The translations under genes were made by a program, and so were the position numbers. A stretch of DNA of 64,000 nucleotides, taken from Candidatus Peregrinibacteria bacterium (lineage in GTDB: Bacteria > Patescibacteriota > Gracilibacteria > UBA1369). The stretch is from positions 348,004 through 412,003 of the forward strand of contig OY970195.1 of assembly GCA_963708185.1 (NCBI GenBank), written 5' to 3'. Numbering within the stretch: the stretch's first letter is position 1; the number at the start of each line of letters is the position of its first letter. The notes under the pieces were generated by a model. It was not told the origin of the DNA and made no database searches. It saw nothing but the letters and a program-made list of their open reading frames with translations. This document shows, in pieces, positions 33,958 to 42,120 of the stretch.

Positions 33958-34398
33958 TTAGCTTTCTTTTACTTTTCTTTGTCCGTATATCGCCGCGACG
34001 CCCTGAGAAGTTTCTCCCTGTTGCTTTATGACCACGGTGGATGTTGCCGGAGGGGTTGGAGTGGGAACAATTTGTCCTGATTCCACACCTTCAACATATT
34101 CCCTGAAGTCAGAGCATTCGTTGAAGAACTGTTGGCGGACTCCAGTTGCATTTTCTGTTATCCCTATGAGTTTTCTCCATGAAATTGAATATTCTCCGCC
34201 GTTTTCCTTGTTCATTCTTTCTTCGTTTTCAAGCCATTCAAAAATTGACGTTTTTAACTCATGTTGCATCGAGAAAGCCAAGGCATTGGTTATTCCTCTG
34301 ATCTGGATCAAAGCTCGTTCGTTTTTGAGCTGAAGTCTTCCACTCCCGGATTCAATCGTGGATGATCTTTGAGGTTCGGAGGCAAGGGGCTTTGACAT
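33958..34398 (-). CDS. hypothetical protein
   Basis: 146 aa with no recognisable motif. Same strand as, and between, the GGDEF-like gene and the TM/PH gene. Confidence 0.5.
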   Translation of the reverse strand: MSKPLASEPQRSSTIESGSGRLQLKNERALIQIRGITNALAFSMQHELKTSIFEWLENEERMNKENGGEYSISWRKLIGITENATGVRQQFFNECSDFREYVEGVESGQIVPTPTPPATSTVVIKQQGETSQGVAAIYGQRKVKES

Positions 34399-34479
34399 AG
34401 GTGGAGGTTAGGGATAGTTGATTCTATACCATTTCTTTCTGAAAATGCAAGCATTTTCGTGACAAAACGTTGAGGGGCG

Positions 34480-36528
34480 TTAAGGGGCTTTATCGATGTC
34501 TAAAAGGATAATACGATGTTCGCCTCTGGCATTATACGCTTTGATTTCAGTATGGGCTTCTTCGGCGTTGTCCATGAGCGCAATGAGCTGGAGGATCCGT
34601 TCGCGGTGGTGCTGTTGGATCTGTCCGATGGCAATCTCCGGAAGCGTGAATTCGCTGACGGAGCCGGCTATGCGGATATTGTTATCGACGGAAAATTGGA
34701 GAAGTTCACGTTGGGGGTCCTGGATTTTTTCTTTGAGTTCTGGAACGTTTTTTCCGGTGTAGACTACGCGTGTCTCGTCACCTCCATCGGCATCAATCAC
34801 CGGGCTGCCGCCATAAAGACGGTACATTTTTTCTTCAACACTTCTGAGATAGCCGGTCCCGATGTCGTCGAACGAAAGCATTTTTGCCACGAATTGGGGG
34901 TGTTCATGGAGGGCTTCCAGTTTGTTTTCAAGAATGCCGTTCAGTTTTTCCTTATCAATAGTCTGGCCGTCGATATCGACGGCTCTCCATTCTTCGTTGG
35001 TAATGCCGAGCATGTTGATCATGTCGATGGCGCATTGTTCGTATGCAGACTGGTTGAGCGCTCCAAAGCCGATGTTGTCGCCAAAGATCATGATTTTCAG
35101 GCCGGGTTCCATCATGGCTTTGATCGCGGCGCGGGTGGTACGAACCTTGTCTTCCACAGGCGAGTCGTTTTTGAGGGAAACTTCCAATGCTTTGGAGGTG
35201 TGTTCCAGGAGCGTTCGGATTTTTTCTTCATCCTGTGAGTCTTCCCTGAGCGTTTTTTCGGCTGAATTGATCAAACTGATGATACGGTGGATGTCGGAGA
35301 GGTAGAGGTCGATACTTTCCGTCTGGAAGTTTTTGAGAAAGTCGACGATGTTAATCGTTTTGTAGTATCGGTCGAAAAATTTTATTTTTTCGTCGAACTG
35401 TTGACGTTCTTCTTCCGACATGGCGAGATAAGTGTCGCCCTTGCGGTACTTATCGATGTGACGGTAGATGTTGATCATTTGTGGGTTCATTCTCACGTAA
35501 CCGTTTTCGTCCAGAACGAAACAGGCTTCCCATTCGGGACGGATTGAGCCTTCCGCGTTCAGGACGTTTCCGAGGTTGTATTGGGCTTTGATGAGATGCT
35601 TGAAGAGTTCCTTGTGGCTGTATTCGCGCATATAGACGTACGGCACTCCGTTTTTTCTTCCGTTCCCGTTGAGGACGTCGGGGTCCAGTTTTTGGAGCGT
35701 CGCGATGTTCGCTGCACACTCGGCATTGCGGATGGCGAGGTAACTGTTCATATGGCCTCCCTTGAGTTTGTCCAGTCCGATGGCGATGTCGATGCTTTTT
35801 TCTCCGCTTTCGATCAATGCGGTGGTGTCCTCAATCTCGCGGATGTTTTCTTCCAGTTTGCGGATCTCTTTGGAAAGTGTCTTGATATGGTCTTCGGTTT
35901 CCTGGGTGGTATTGCCTTCTGTTTCATTTTTTTGGCTTGCATAAAAACGTTCCTGGGATTTTCCAGCGTGCTTTTTCTCCAAAAGTAAGCGGCGTTTTTT
36001 GAGATGTTTCAGCAGGACTTCTTCGGCGATGCGCTGAAGTTCTCCGAGTTTTTTTTCAAGGACTTCGATGTTGCTGAAGCCGTTGACTTCGTCATGCTCA
36101 ATACGGGCAACGTCGATGATGAAAACGCCTCCCTTGAAGTGGGATTTCAGAACACGGGCGTTATTTTGACCAAGGACTTCCTGGATTTTCTGGTGGAGCT
36201 CCTCGATGTAGTCGTCGGTCTGATTTGGTCCGAGATAGTAGTCGTTGAGTTCTTTGATCGTCGGAGAGACGAGGCGGTAGGAACCGATGCGTTTGTCTCC
36301 GTCGTTGAGATTCCATTCTTTTTCCTTGAGCATCTTGAGAAGGGGAATGAGGGCATCGAGGTTGGAAAGCTCCTGGAGCTTCCCTTTCGAGAAATGCTCT
36401 AATGGTTTCCAGAGGAGTGACGTATTCTCCGTTTTCATTTTTTTCATGAAGGTCGATGCTGTAGCGGCGGATGATTCGTTCAATCTTGGCGAAGAGGCGG
36501 CGGTGAGCTTCCATTTCAGGAAACGCAC
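34480..36528 (-). CDS. large hypothetical protein with a divergent GGDEF-like (nucleotidyl cyclase palm) C-terminal domain
   Basis: 682-aa ORF. The C-terminal segments are IMIFGDNIGFGALNQ, IDADGGDETRVVY, IRIAGSVSEF and LMDNAEEAHTEIKAYNARGEHRI. They parallel the GGDEF elements DxDxFKxxND, GGDEF, SxGv and ADxAxYxAKxxGRN, but with a long insert. An upstream frame (to 36604) looks like its true N-terminus; see findings. Confidence 0.7.
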   Translation of the reverse strand: MRFLKWKLTAASSPRLNESSAATASTFMKKMKTENTSLLWKPLEHFSKGKLQELSNLDALIPLLKMLKEKEWNLNDGDKRIGSYRLVSPTIKELNDYYLGPNQTDDYIEELHQKIQEVLGQNNARVLKSHFKGGVFIIDVARIEHDEVNGFSNIEVLEKKLGELQRIAEEVLLKHLKKRRLLLEKKHAGKSQERFYASQKNETEGNTTQETEDHIKTLSKEIRKLEENIREIEDTTALIESGEKSIDIAIGLDKLKGGHMNSYLAIRNAECAANIATLQKLDPDVLNGNGRKNGVPYVYMREYSHKELFKHLIKAQYNLGNVLNAEGSIRPEWEACFVLDENGYVRMNPQMINIYRHIDKYRKGDTYLAMSEEERQQFDEKIKFFDRYYKTINIVDFLKNFQTESIDLYLSDIHRIISLINSAEKTLREDSQDEEKIRTLLEHTSKALEVSLKNDSPVEDKVRTTRAAIKAMMEPGLKIMIFGDNIGFGALNQSAYEQCAIDMINMLGITNEEWRAVDIDGQTIDKEKLNGILENKLEALHEHPQFVAKMLSFDDIGTGYLRSVEEKMYRLYGGSPVIDADGGDETRVVYTGKNVPELKEKIQDPQRELLQFSVDNNIRIAGSVSEFTLPEIAIGQIQQHHRERILQLIALMDNAEEAHTEIKAYNARGEHRIILLDIDKAP

Positions 36529-36628
36529 TGCGTCGCTCGTTGAGCGGGTCGGCTGTTTGGCCTTCGGGCTCCGGTGGGCGTATTGTCGATTTTAGTTCGC
36601 TCATTTGTGGCTGTGAATGGTGAGATGT

Positions 36629-36658
36629 ATTTTAAACATATTCAGGTTAATTAGTCAA
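36629..36658 (-). promoter_or_regulatory. candidate promoter TTGACT-18-TAAAAT (minus strand) for the GGDEF-like gene
   Basis: The reverse complement reads TTGACTaattaacctgaatatgttTAAAAT. The -10 element ends about 25 nt upstream of the ATG at 36604. Confidence 0.45.
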
Positions 36659-36682
36659 GTATTTTTGAGCACAAAATTCCTT

Positions 36683-36711
36683 AAAAACCCCGTGGATTCT
36701 ACGGGGTTTTC
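36683..36711. terminator. bidirectional intrinsic terminator after the PrgI/VirB4-N operon
   Basis: AAAACCCCGT, loop GGATTCT, ACGGGGTTTT. On the minus strand it is followed by TTTTT. Confidence 0.6.
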
Positions 36712-36748
36712 TGTTTTCTGCCAACAGGATAATTGTTGTTCGATATAC

Positions 36749-37501
36749 TTACATACCTTGGTAATCTTGAACGATCTTTTCTTCGTCGGTCTGGACGTCG
36801 ATGTCCTGGATCTCTTTGGCTTTTTCGTAACGTGCCACCGTCGGATTATAAATACCGTAAAAAAGCTCGATGAGTTCCTTGGTGGTGAGCTCTTCAGCCT
36901 TGAGTCCGCAGTTTTCAAGTCCCACCTTCACGGAACTTACGCGCTGAGCAAGTGATTTTTTAAGATTTTCAAATTCGTCATGGCGACGTTTGATGGCTTC
37001 GTAACTGTCTTTTGCATTCATGTTCTGGAAGAATTTCTGGAGGATGTTCAGTTTTTGAGATCTGACCGGGTCGACGGGAACAATGACAAGGAAGTCCTTT
37101 TCCATGATGTCGGCGTACTCCACGAGTTTTGAAATATATTCAACGTATTCGTAGGTTTGTGTCTGGAGGAGAGGGTTGGTCTGTTTTTCGCCGATTTTGC
37201 GGAGTTTGTCCAGGTAGTTGTCGATATCGAGTTTTTTTGATCTGACGACGACCTGAATCGGGAATTCGAGCGTGTTCAAAAATCCTTGATAGGAATACAC
37301 GATGGAGTTTTGTTCGTCTTCCGATTTGAGATTGAAATTGATACTTGAAACTCTGAGGATGGAACGCAGTCCTCCGTTTTTAAGAACAATCGTATCGTCC
37401 CGGATTTCTGAAATGCGCAGATAGGTTTGTGTACTTGTTGCCGGATTTTTTTTGGCCTGACCCTGCCGGGTTGATTCACTGTTTTGGCTTGGATTTGCCA
37501 T
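36749..37501 (-). CDS. VirB4/TrsE-type conjugative ATPase N-terminal domain only (no Walker motifs)
   Basis: 250 aa. YLRISEIRDDTIVLKNGGLRSILRVSSINFNLKSEDEQNSIVYSYQGFLNTLEFPIQVVVRSKKLDIDNYL matches the N-terminal pattern of Gram-positive VirB4-like proteins. No GxxGxGKS/T motif occurs anywhere in it or downstream. Confidence 0.6.
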   Translation of the reverse strand: MANPSQNSESTRQGQAKKNPATSTQTYLRISEIRDDTIVLKNGGLRSILRVSSINFNLKSEDEQNSIVYSYQGFLNTLEFPIQVVVRSKKLDIDNYLDKLRKIGEKQTNPLLQTQTYEYVEYISKLVEYADIMEKDFLVIVPVDPVRSQKLNILQKFFQNMNAKDSYEAIKRRHDEFENLKKSLAQRVSSVKVGLENCGLKAEELTTKELIELFYGIYNPTVARYEKAKEIQDIDVQTDEEKIVQDYQGM

Positions 37502-37512
37502 AATAGAGAAGG

Positions 37513-37959
37513 TTATTGTTGAGGATTGTTGCTATGAGTGTTGAGAATCTTACTGAGTTCTTCAAGCTTTTTGGCCTTATTGGTCATCTGTTCGGCCTTT
37601 GCTTCGGCCTTTTTTTCAACTTTGGTTTGGGGTTTGCTGCTTGAATAGAGTGAGGTGAGAATTTCTGCACTGGACTGGACCCAGAATCTTTTTTGGGGAA
37701 GAAGGACAAACTCCAGGTAGACGGCCAGAAATCTGGAGAAGTTCATGTCGAGGGGACGCAGAAAGGCAAAAAGCAGGGTAATAATCGCTATAAAAGCAAC
37801 CGGAGGCAGCCATGTGATCCACAAATATTCTTTTCCCAGACTTACGTAGATGGCATAGGCAAGACCTCCGCCGGCACCGCAAATGATGAGCTGCCGGAGG
37901 GTTAAAGGTCCGACGATTTTATCTTCACGCTGGACATTTTGTGGTACCTTGAATTGCAT
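37513..37959 (-). CDS. PrgI-family (VirB3-like) type IV secretion membrane protein
   Basis: 148 aa. QFKVPQNVQREDKIVGPLTLRQLIICGAGGGLAYAIY followed by a second TM helix is the typical PrgI architecture. There are 11 nt to the next gene. Confidence 0.7.
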   Translation of the reverse strand: MQFKVPQNVQREDKIVGPLTLRQLIICGAGGGLAYAIYVSLGKEYLWITWLPPVAFIAIITLLFAFLRPLDMNFSRFLAVYLEFVLLPQKRFWVQSSAEILTSLYSSSKPQTKVEKKAEAKAEQMTNKAKKLEELSKILNTHSNNPQQ

Positions 37960-38108
37960 GACACTGGGAGTTCGATGGTTATTTATTCTTTTTATTATAG
38001 CAGAAATTGCGTGAAGCTACAATGTTTGCTAGACTCTCTGCGACTTGCAAAGGAAGACTGAATTTTAAGACGGAAAGTTCCTTGTTGTATAAAAATTTTG
38101 CTCACTAA

Positions 38109-39923
38109 ATGCGCGACAGTTCCAATATCAGAAATTTTTGTATTATTGCCCATATAGATCACGGAAAGTCCACGCTTGCCGATCGTTTTTTGGAGGTGAC
38201 GGCAACCTTGAGCAAACGTGAAATGAAACACGGTCAGCTTTTGGATACGATGGACCTTGAACAAGAACGTGGAATTACGATTAAACTTCAGCCGGTCAGG
38301 ATGAACTGGAAGCATGAGGGCAAAGATTATATTTTGAACCTTATCGATACTCCAGGCCACGTGGATTTTTCCTATGAAGTTTCGAGAAGTCTGGCAGCCT
38401 GCGAAGGGGCCATTCTCGTGGTCGATGCCACGCAGGGGATTGAGGCCCAGACTTTGGCGAATTGCTATCTGGCCCTTGAACATGACCTTAAACTCGTTCC
38501 TGTCTTGAACAAGATAGATCTTCCCTCTGCAGATATCGAAAGGAGAGCGCAGGAAATCGAAAATACGCTGGGGATCCCCAAGGAGGAGATTATCGCCATT
38601 TCAGCGAAGGAGGGGACGAATGTGGAAAAGGTTCTTCAGGCCGTGATCGAACGAATTCCTCCGCCTCCTAATACCGACGAAGGTGACGAGACAAAAGCGC
38701 TTATTTTTGATTCGGTATACGATTCATACCGGGGCGTGGTGACGTACGTGAGGCTTATGTCCGGCGAACTGAAGCGTGGAGACAAGATTTTTTTGCTTCA
38801 TAACAAAAAGGAGCTTGAAGTGCTCGAAGTCGGTTATTTTAAGCCTAAATATCAGGCCGCCGACAAACTTGTTTCGGGTGAGGTCGGGTATGTGGTTTCG
38901 GGCTTGAAAAACGTCGGTGACGCCCGTGTTGGCGACACTATCTGGAAGCCAGGAACGAAGCCTTTGGACCCCCACGCGGCCAAGCCGCTCGCAGGATATA
39001 AAGTCGTGAAGCCCTACGTTTTTGCCAGTATTTTTTGCGTGGACGGCGATGATTTTCCTTTACTCAGAGACGCTTTGCAGAAGCTCCAGTTGAGCGATTC
39101 GGCGTTGAGTTTCGAACCTGAACAGTCGGGAGCGTTGGGACATGGCTTCCGCTGTGGATTTTTGGGGCTTTTGCATCTGGATATCGTTCAGGAAAGGTTG
39201 GAGCGGGAGTATGACCTCAATTTGATCGTTACGGCACCTTCTGTGTCTTATATTGCAATTTTAAACAGTGGAGAAGAGGTTTTTGTAGCCAATCCGTCTG
39301 ATCTTCCCGACCCGGCGAAACTGATAGTTATTAAAGAGCCTTGGGTGAAGGTGGAAATTTTGACGCCCAAAGAGTACGTGGGCACGATCATGCAGATGAC
39401 CTTGGAGAAAAGAGGCTTGAATAAAAGTATTCAATACATTGATGAAAACCGGGTAATTTTACTTTTTGAGGTCCCTTTAGCTTCGATTGTGGTCGATTAT
39501 TATGACTTATTAAAGAGCCTGAGTTCGGGATACGCTTCCATGAATTATGAGTATCTTGAATATCGGGAAGGCAATCTCGTCAAATTGGATATGCTTATCG
39601 CTGGCGAGAAGGTGGATGCGCTTTCAATGATTGTCCATAGAGATCAGGCCTATTATATAGGTTCAGATATGTGTAAAAAGTTGAAGGAACTTATCCCAAA
39701 GCACCAGTTTGAAGTGGCTATTCAGGCGGCGATTGGGAGCAAAGTCATCGCCCGTGAAAGCATCAGTGCGATGAGAAAAGACGTAACGGCTAAACTGTAC
39801 GGAGGTGACAGGACGCGTAAAGACAAGCTTTTGAAGAAACAAAAAGCGGGGAAAAAGCGCATGAAGAAGGTCGGAAAGGTTGATCTTCCACAAGAAGCCT
39901 TCCTGGCCATTTTAAAGAAATAA
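38109..39923 (+). CDS. lepA: translation elongation factor 4 (LepA)
   Basis: 604 aa. Carries IRNFCIIAHIDHGKSTLADR, DTPGHVDF, NKIDL and the LepA C-terminal domain ending in KKQKAGKKRMKKVGKVDLPQEAF. Confidence 0.97.
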   Translation: MRDSSNIRNFCIIAHIDHGKSTLADRFLEVTATLSKREMKHGQLLDTMDLEQERGITIKLQPVRMNWKHEGKDYILNLIDTPGHVDFSYEVSRSLAACEGAILVVDATQGIEAQTLANCYLALEHDLKLVPVLNKIDLPSADIERRAQEIENTLGIPKEEIIAISAKEGTNVEKVLQAVIERIPPPPNTDEGDETKALIFDSVYDSYRGVVTYVRLMSGELKRGDKIFLLHNKKELEVLEVGYFKPKYQAADKLVSGEVGYVVSGLKNVGDARVGDTIWKPGTKPLDPHAAKPLAGYKVVKPYVFASIFCVDGDDFPLLRDALQKLQLSDSALSFEPEQSGALGHGFRCGFLGLLHLDIVQERLEREYDLNLIVTAPSVSYIAILNSGEEVFVANPSDLPDPAKLIVIKEPWVKVEILTPKEYVGTIMQMTLEKRGLNKSIQYIDENRVILLFEVPLASIVVDYYDLLKSLSSGYASMNYEYLEYREGNLVKLDMLIAGEKVDALSMIVHRDQAYYIGSDMCKKLKELIPKHQFEVAIQAAIGSKVIARESISAMRKDVTAKLYGGDRTRKDKLLKKQKAGKKRMKKVGKVDLPQEAFLAILKK

Positions 39924-39928
39924 GGGTA

Positions 39929-39957
39929 TTGACCAAATTAAGTAAATATGGTATAAA
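39929..39957 (+). promoter_or_regulatory. near-consensus promoter TTGACC-17-TATAAA
   Basis: TTGACC at 39929-39934 and TATAAA at 39952-39957, directly after the lepA stop. Confidence 0.55.
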
Positions 39958-40147
39958 ATATCTGTGGTTTATCATGAAAATACAACAGTATTTTTTCTGT
40001 GGTAAATCCAATCAGATCTTTGAAAACTTGTGTAAGGACATCTTGAATGGAAGACTGGTGCTTCAAATTAAGCGCTATACTCCCATTCAAGATAAACGGC
40101 TTTTAGCCACTATTTCGGACATATATGTCCGAGGAGAAAAAGAGAAC

Positions 40148-40294
40148 ATGAGCAAGAACACTGTTTCCGTCGTCGTCGCTTCGAACTCTTTCTTCAGCAA
40201 CCTGAGCGAGCTCGACAAGCTGCTCGCTTTGTGGGCCCTGAGCCTCGGCTACATGCCGGTTATCGGCTTGATGCTGATGACCATCGGCAAGTAA
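40148..40294 (+). CDS. 48-aa hydrophobic small protein, hypothetical
   Basis: MSKNTVSVVVASNSFFSNLSELDKLLALWALSLGYMPVIGLMLMTIGK, preceded by GAGGAGAAAAAGAGAAC (Shine-Dalgarno). The coding part looks more GC-rich than the AT-rich ~180-nt leader. Confidence 0.4.
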   Translation: MSKNTVSVVVASNSFFSNLSELDKLLALWALSLGYMPVIGLMLMTIGK

Positions 40295-40309
40295 AGCGGA
40301 CCGCAGGGC

Positions 40310-40344
40310 CTCCCCGCCATTCTGTTTTCGGAATGTGCGGGGAG
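40310..40344 (+). terminator. long stem-loop after the small ORF (possible terminator, no clean U-run)
   Basis: CTCCCCGC-CATTC, loop TGTTTTCG, then GAATG-T-GCGGGGAG. Confidence 0.35.
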
Positions 40345-40471
40345 CCCATGGCCCTTTCTCCTGAATAATCCTTATGCAAGTTTTCTATTCTTTCGATCAC
40401 TAAGCGCTGAAAAGCGTTTTTTTTGTGTTTCGGTCCTTCGCGTCGACTCAGCTTGGCAATTTTGGCTTTTT

Positions 40472-42115
40472 TTGGTATACTATAAAGATAAATTTGGTCT
40501 TCACTCCAAAATAAATATCAACACCAACGTGGCGCTGAACCTGAACATCAAGAAAAATCTCACAAGAGTGGCTTTCGGCCTCTACGTTCTGGTGTTGATC
40601 ATCCTTGGAGCACAGCTGTTTTTTGGAGACCAGGTCATGTTCTTTGCCAACTCTTTTACCGGAGCTCCCCAGCCGCACGGTTCTGCGGAAACCCTGACAA
40701 TTGCCTATGCTCTTCCTAGTCAGAGTCTTGATCCGACACTGTTTGATCCGGTTACCCGGAGCAGGCTCGTCAACATTTATGAAGGGTTGGTCCGTACTGA
40801 CCGCAATCTGAGGATTCAACCCGCTATCGCCGTTTCCTGGGGCCTTGTGGATCCTACGACCTGGGAGTTCAAACTCAGGCCGCATGTGAAATTCCATAAC
40901 GGCGTCGAGGTGAAAACCGATGACGTCGTCTCGAGCATCAACTACGCCCTGACGTCAGATAACTCACAGCTTAAAGCTCTCCTCAACAGCATCAGCGAGG
41001 TGAAGGCGGTGGACGCATCAACGATCCGCATCACGACAAAAACACCTGATCCGCTTCTGCTCAACAAGCTTGCTGTGACCTATATTTTCCCAAAGGATTA
41101 TGTGAATTTCGATCAGCCTGTTGGAACGGGGCCTTATCAATTCGTTTCCTGGGACCAGGGACAACAGATGACGCTCAAACGTTTTGAGAATTACTGGGGC
41201 AGCGAATCTTACTACGCCCAGTTGGTACTGAAGACGATCGAAGACAAAGATGCACGTATAGCTGCGCTGAGCAGTGGACTGGTTGATCTTCTTGCGGATG
41301 TTCCTCCTTCTGCCGGATGTGAATTTACACAGAGCAATAATCCCGGGTGTCCCACTATTCCGAATGTTACGATGAAAACAATCCCGAGTTTGCAAGTGAA
41401 CTTCATCATGTTCAATCCGAACCAGGGAATATTCCAGGACAGAACGTTGCGGGAAGCCGCGGCTTATGCGCTTGACCGTCAGCAGTTCGTGGATATCGCC
41501 GGCGGATACGCCCATCCGATTGATCAGTTTGTGAGCAGCGGCGTGTTCGGGTTCAATCCCGACATCAAAGGTTACGATTTTGATATGACGAAAGCTCATG
41601 CAGATGCGGACCCCGTGGTCGCCCAGTCGTTCGTCCAGCTGACCGTTACCCTTGACTATGCTCAGGGCAACGACGTCATTGCCCAGTACATCCAGCAGCA
41701 GCTTCATGGGCTTGGCATTAACGTCGTTCTCAATCCTTTGAGCGGTAACGATTTTCAGCAAAAGATCCTCAGCGGGTCTTCGGAAATGTATTTCCTAGGA
41801 TGGAGGTCTGAACTCGGCGACGCCAATGATTTTCTTCAGAGCGTCGTTCACAGCAGGGATCAGAGCGGTCTCTCCGGAGAGTTTAACGGAACGAACTATG
41901 CAAACCATTCCGTCGACGACTTGATTGATAAAAGTCAGGAGGATCTGAACATTCAAACCCGTCTGAAAGACATGCAGGACGCGATGAAAATCCTCGTGGA
42001 AGACGACATTGCCGGAGTTCCGTTATTTGAAACACAAACCATTTTTGCCTATAAAAATAAAATTCAGTTCGACCCACGCGTGGATGGCTATATCTATGCT
42101 TCAGAAATCAAATAA
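40472..42115 (+). CDS. ABC transporter substrate-binding protein, family 5 (peptide/nickel type)
   Basis: 547 aa. An N-terminal anchor is followed by LTIAYALPSQSLDP, LVRTD...PALAxSW-like IQPAIAVSWG and KFHNG. The true start is uncertain: the track uses TTG at 40472, which sits inside a TTGGCA-17-TATACT promoter, and GTG at 40529 is possible. Confidence 0.85.
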   Translation: MVYYKDKFGLHSKININTNVALNLNIKKNLTRVAFGLYVLVLIILGAQLFFGDQVMFFANSFTGAPQPHGSAETLTIAYALPSQSLDPTLFDPVTRSRLVNIYEGLVRTDRNLRIQPAIAVSWGLVDPTTWEFKLRPHVKFHNGVEVKTDDVVSSINYALTSDNSQLKALLNSISEVKAVDASTIRITTKTPDPLLLNKLAVTYIFPKDYVNFDQPVGTGPYQFVSWDQGQQMTLKRFENYWGSESYYAQLVLKTIEDKDARIAALSSGLVDLLADVPPSAGCEFTQSNNPGCPTIPNVTMKTIPSLQVNFIMFNPNQGIFQDRTLREAAAYALDRQQFVDIAGGYAHPIDQFVSSGVFGFNPDIKGYDFDMTKAHADADPVVAQSFVQLTVTLDYAQGNDVIAQYIQQQLHGLGINVVLNPLSGNDFQQKILSGSSEMYFLGWRSELGDANDFLQSVVHSRDQSGLSGEFNGTNYANHSVDDLIDKSQEDLNIQTRLKDMQDAMKILVEDDIAGVPLFETQTIFAYKNKIQFDPRVDGYIYASEIK

Positions 42116-42120
42116 ACACT

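Noticed and set aside
37995-38483. 162-aa minus-strand ORF across the lepA start
   Set aside because: It is antisense to the conserved lepA GTPase domain.
39929-40147. Upstream part of the 121-aa ORF 39929..40294
   Set aside because: It starts inside the promoter and is AT-rich, with implausible sequence (KLSKYGIKYLWFIMKIQQYFFCGK...). Only the Shine-Dalgarno-preceded 48-aa 3' part, which looks GC-rich, was kept, and then at low confidence.
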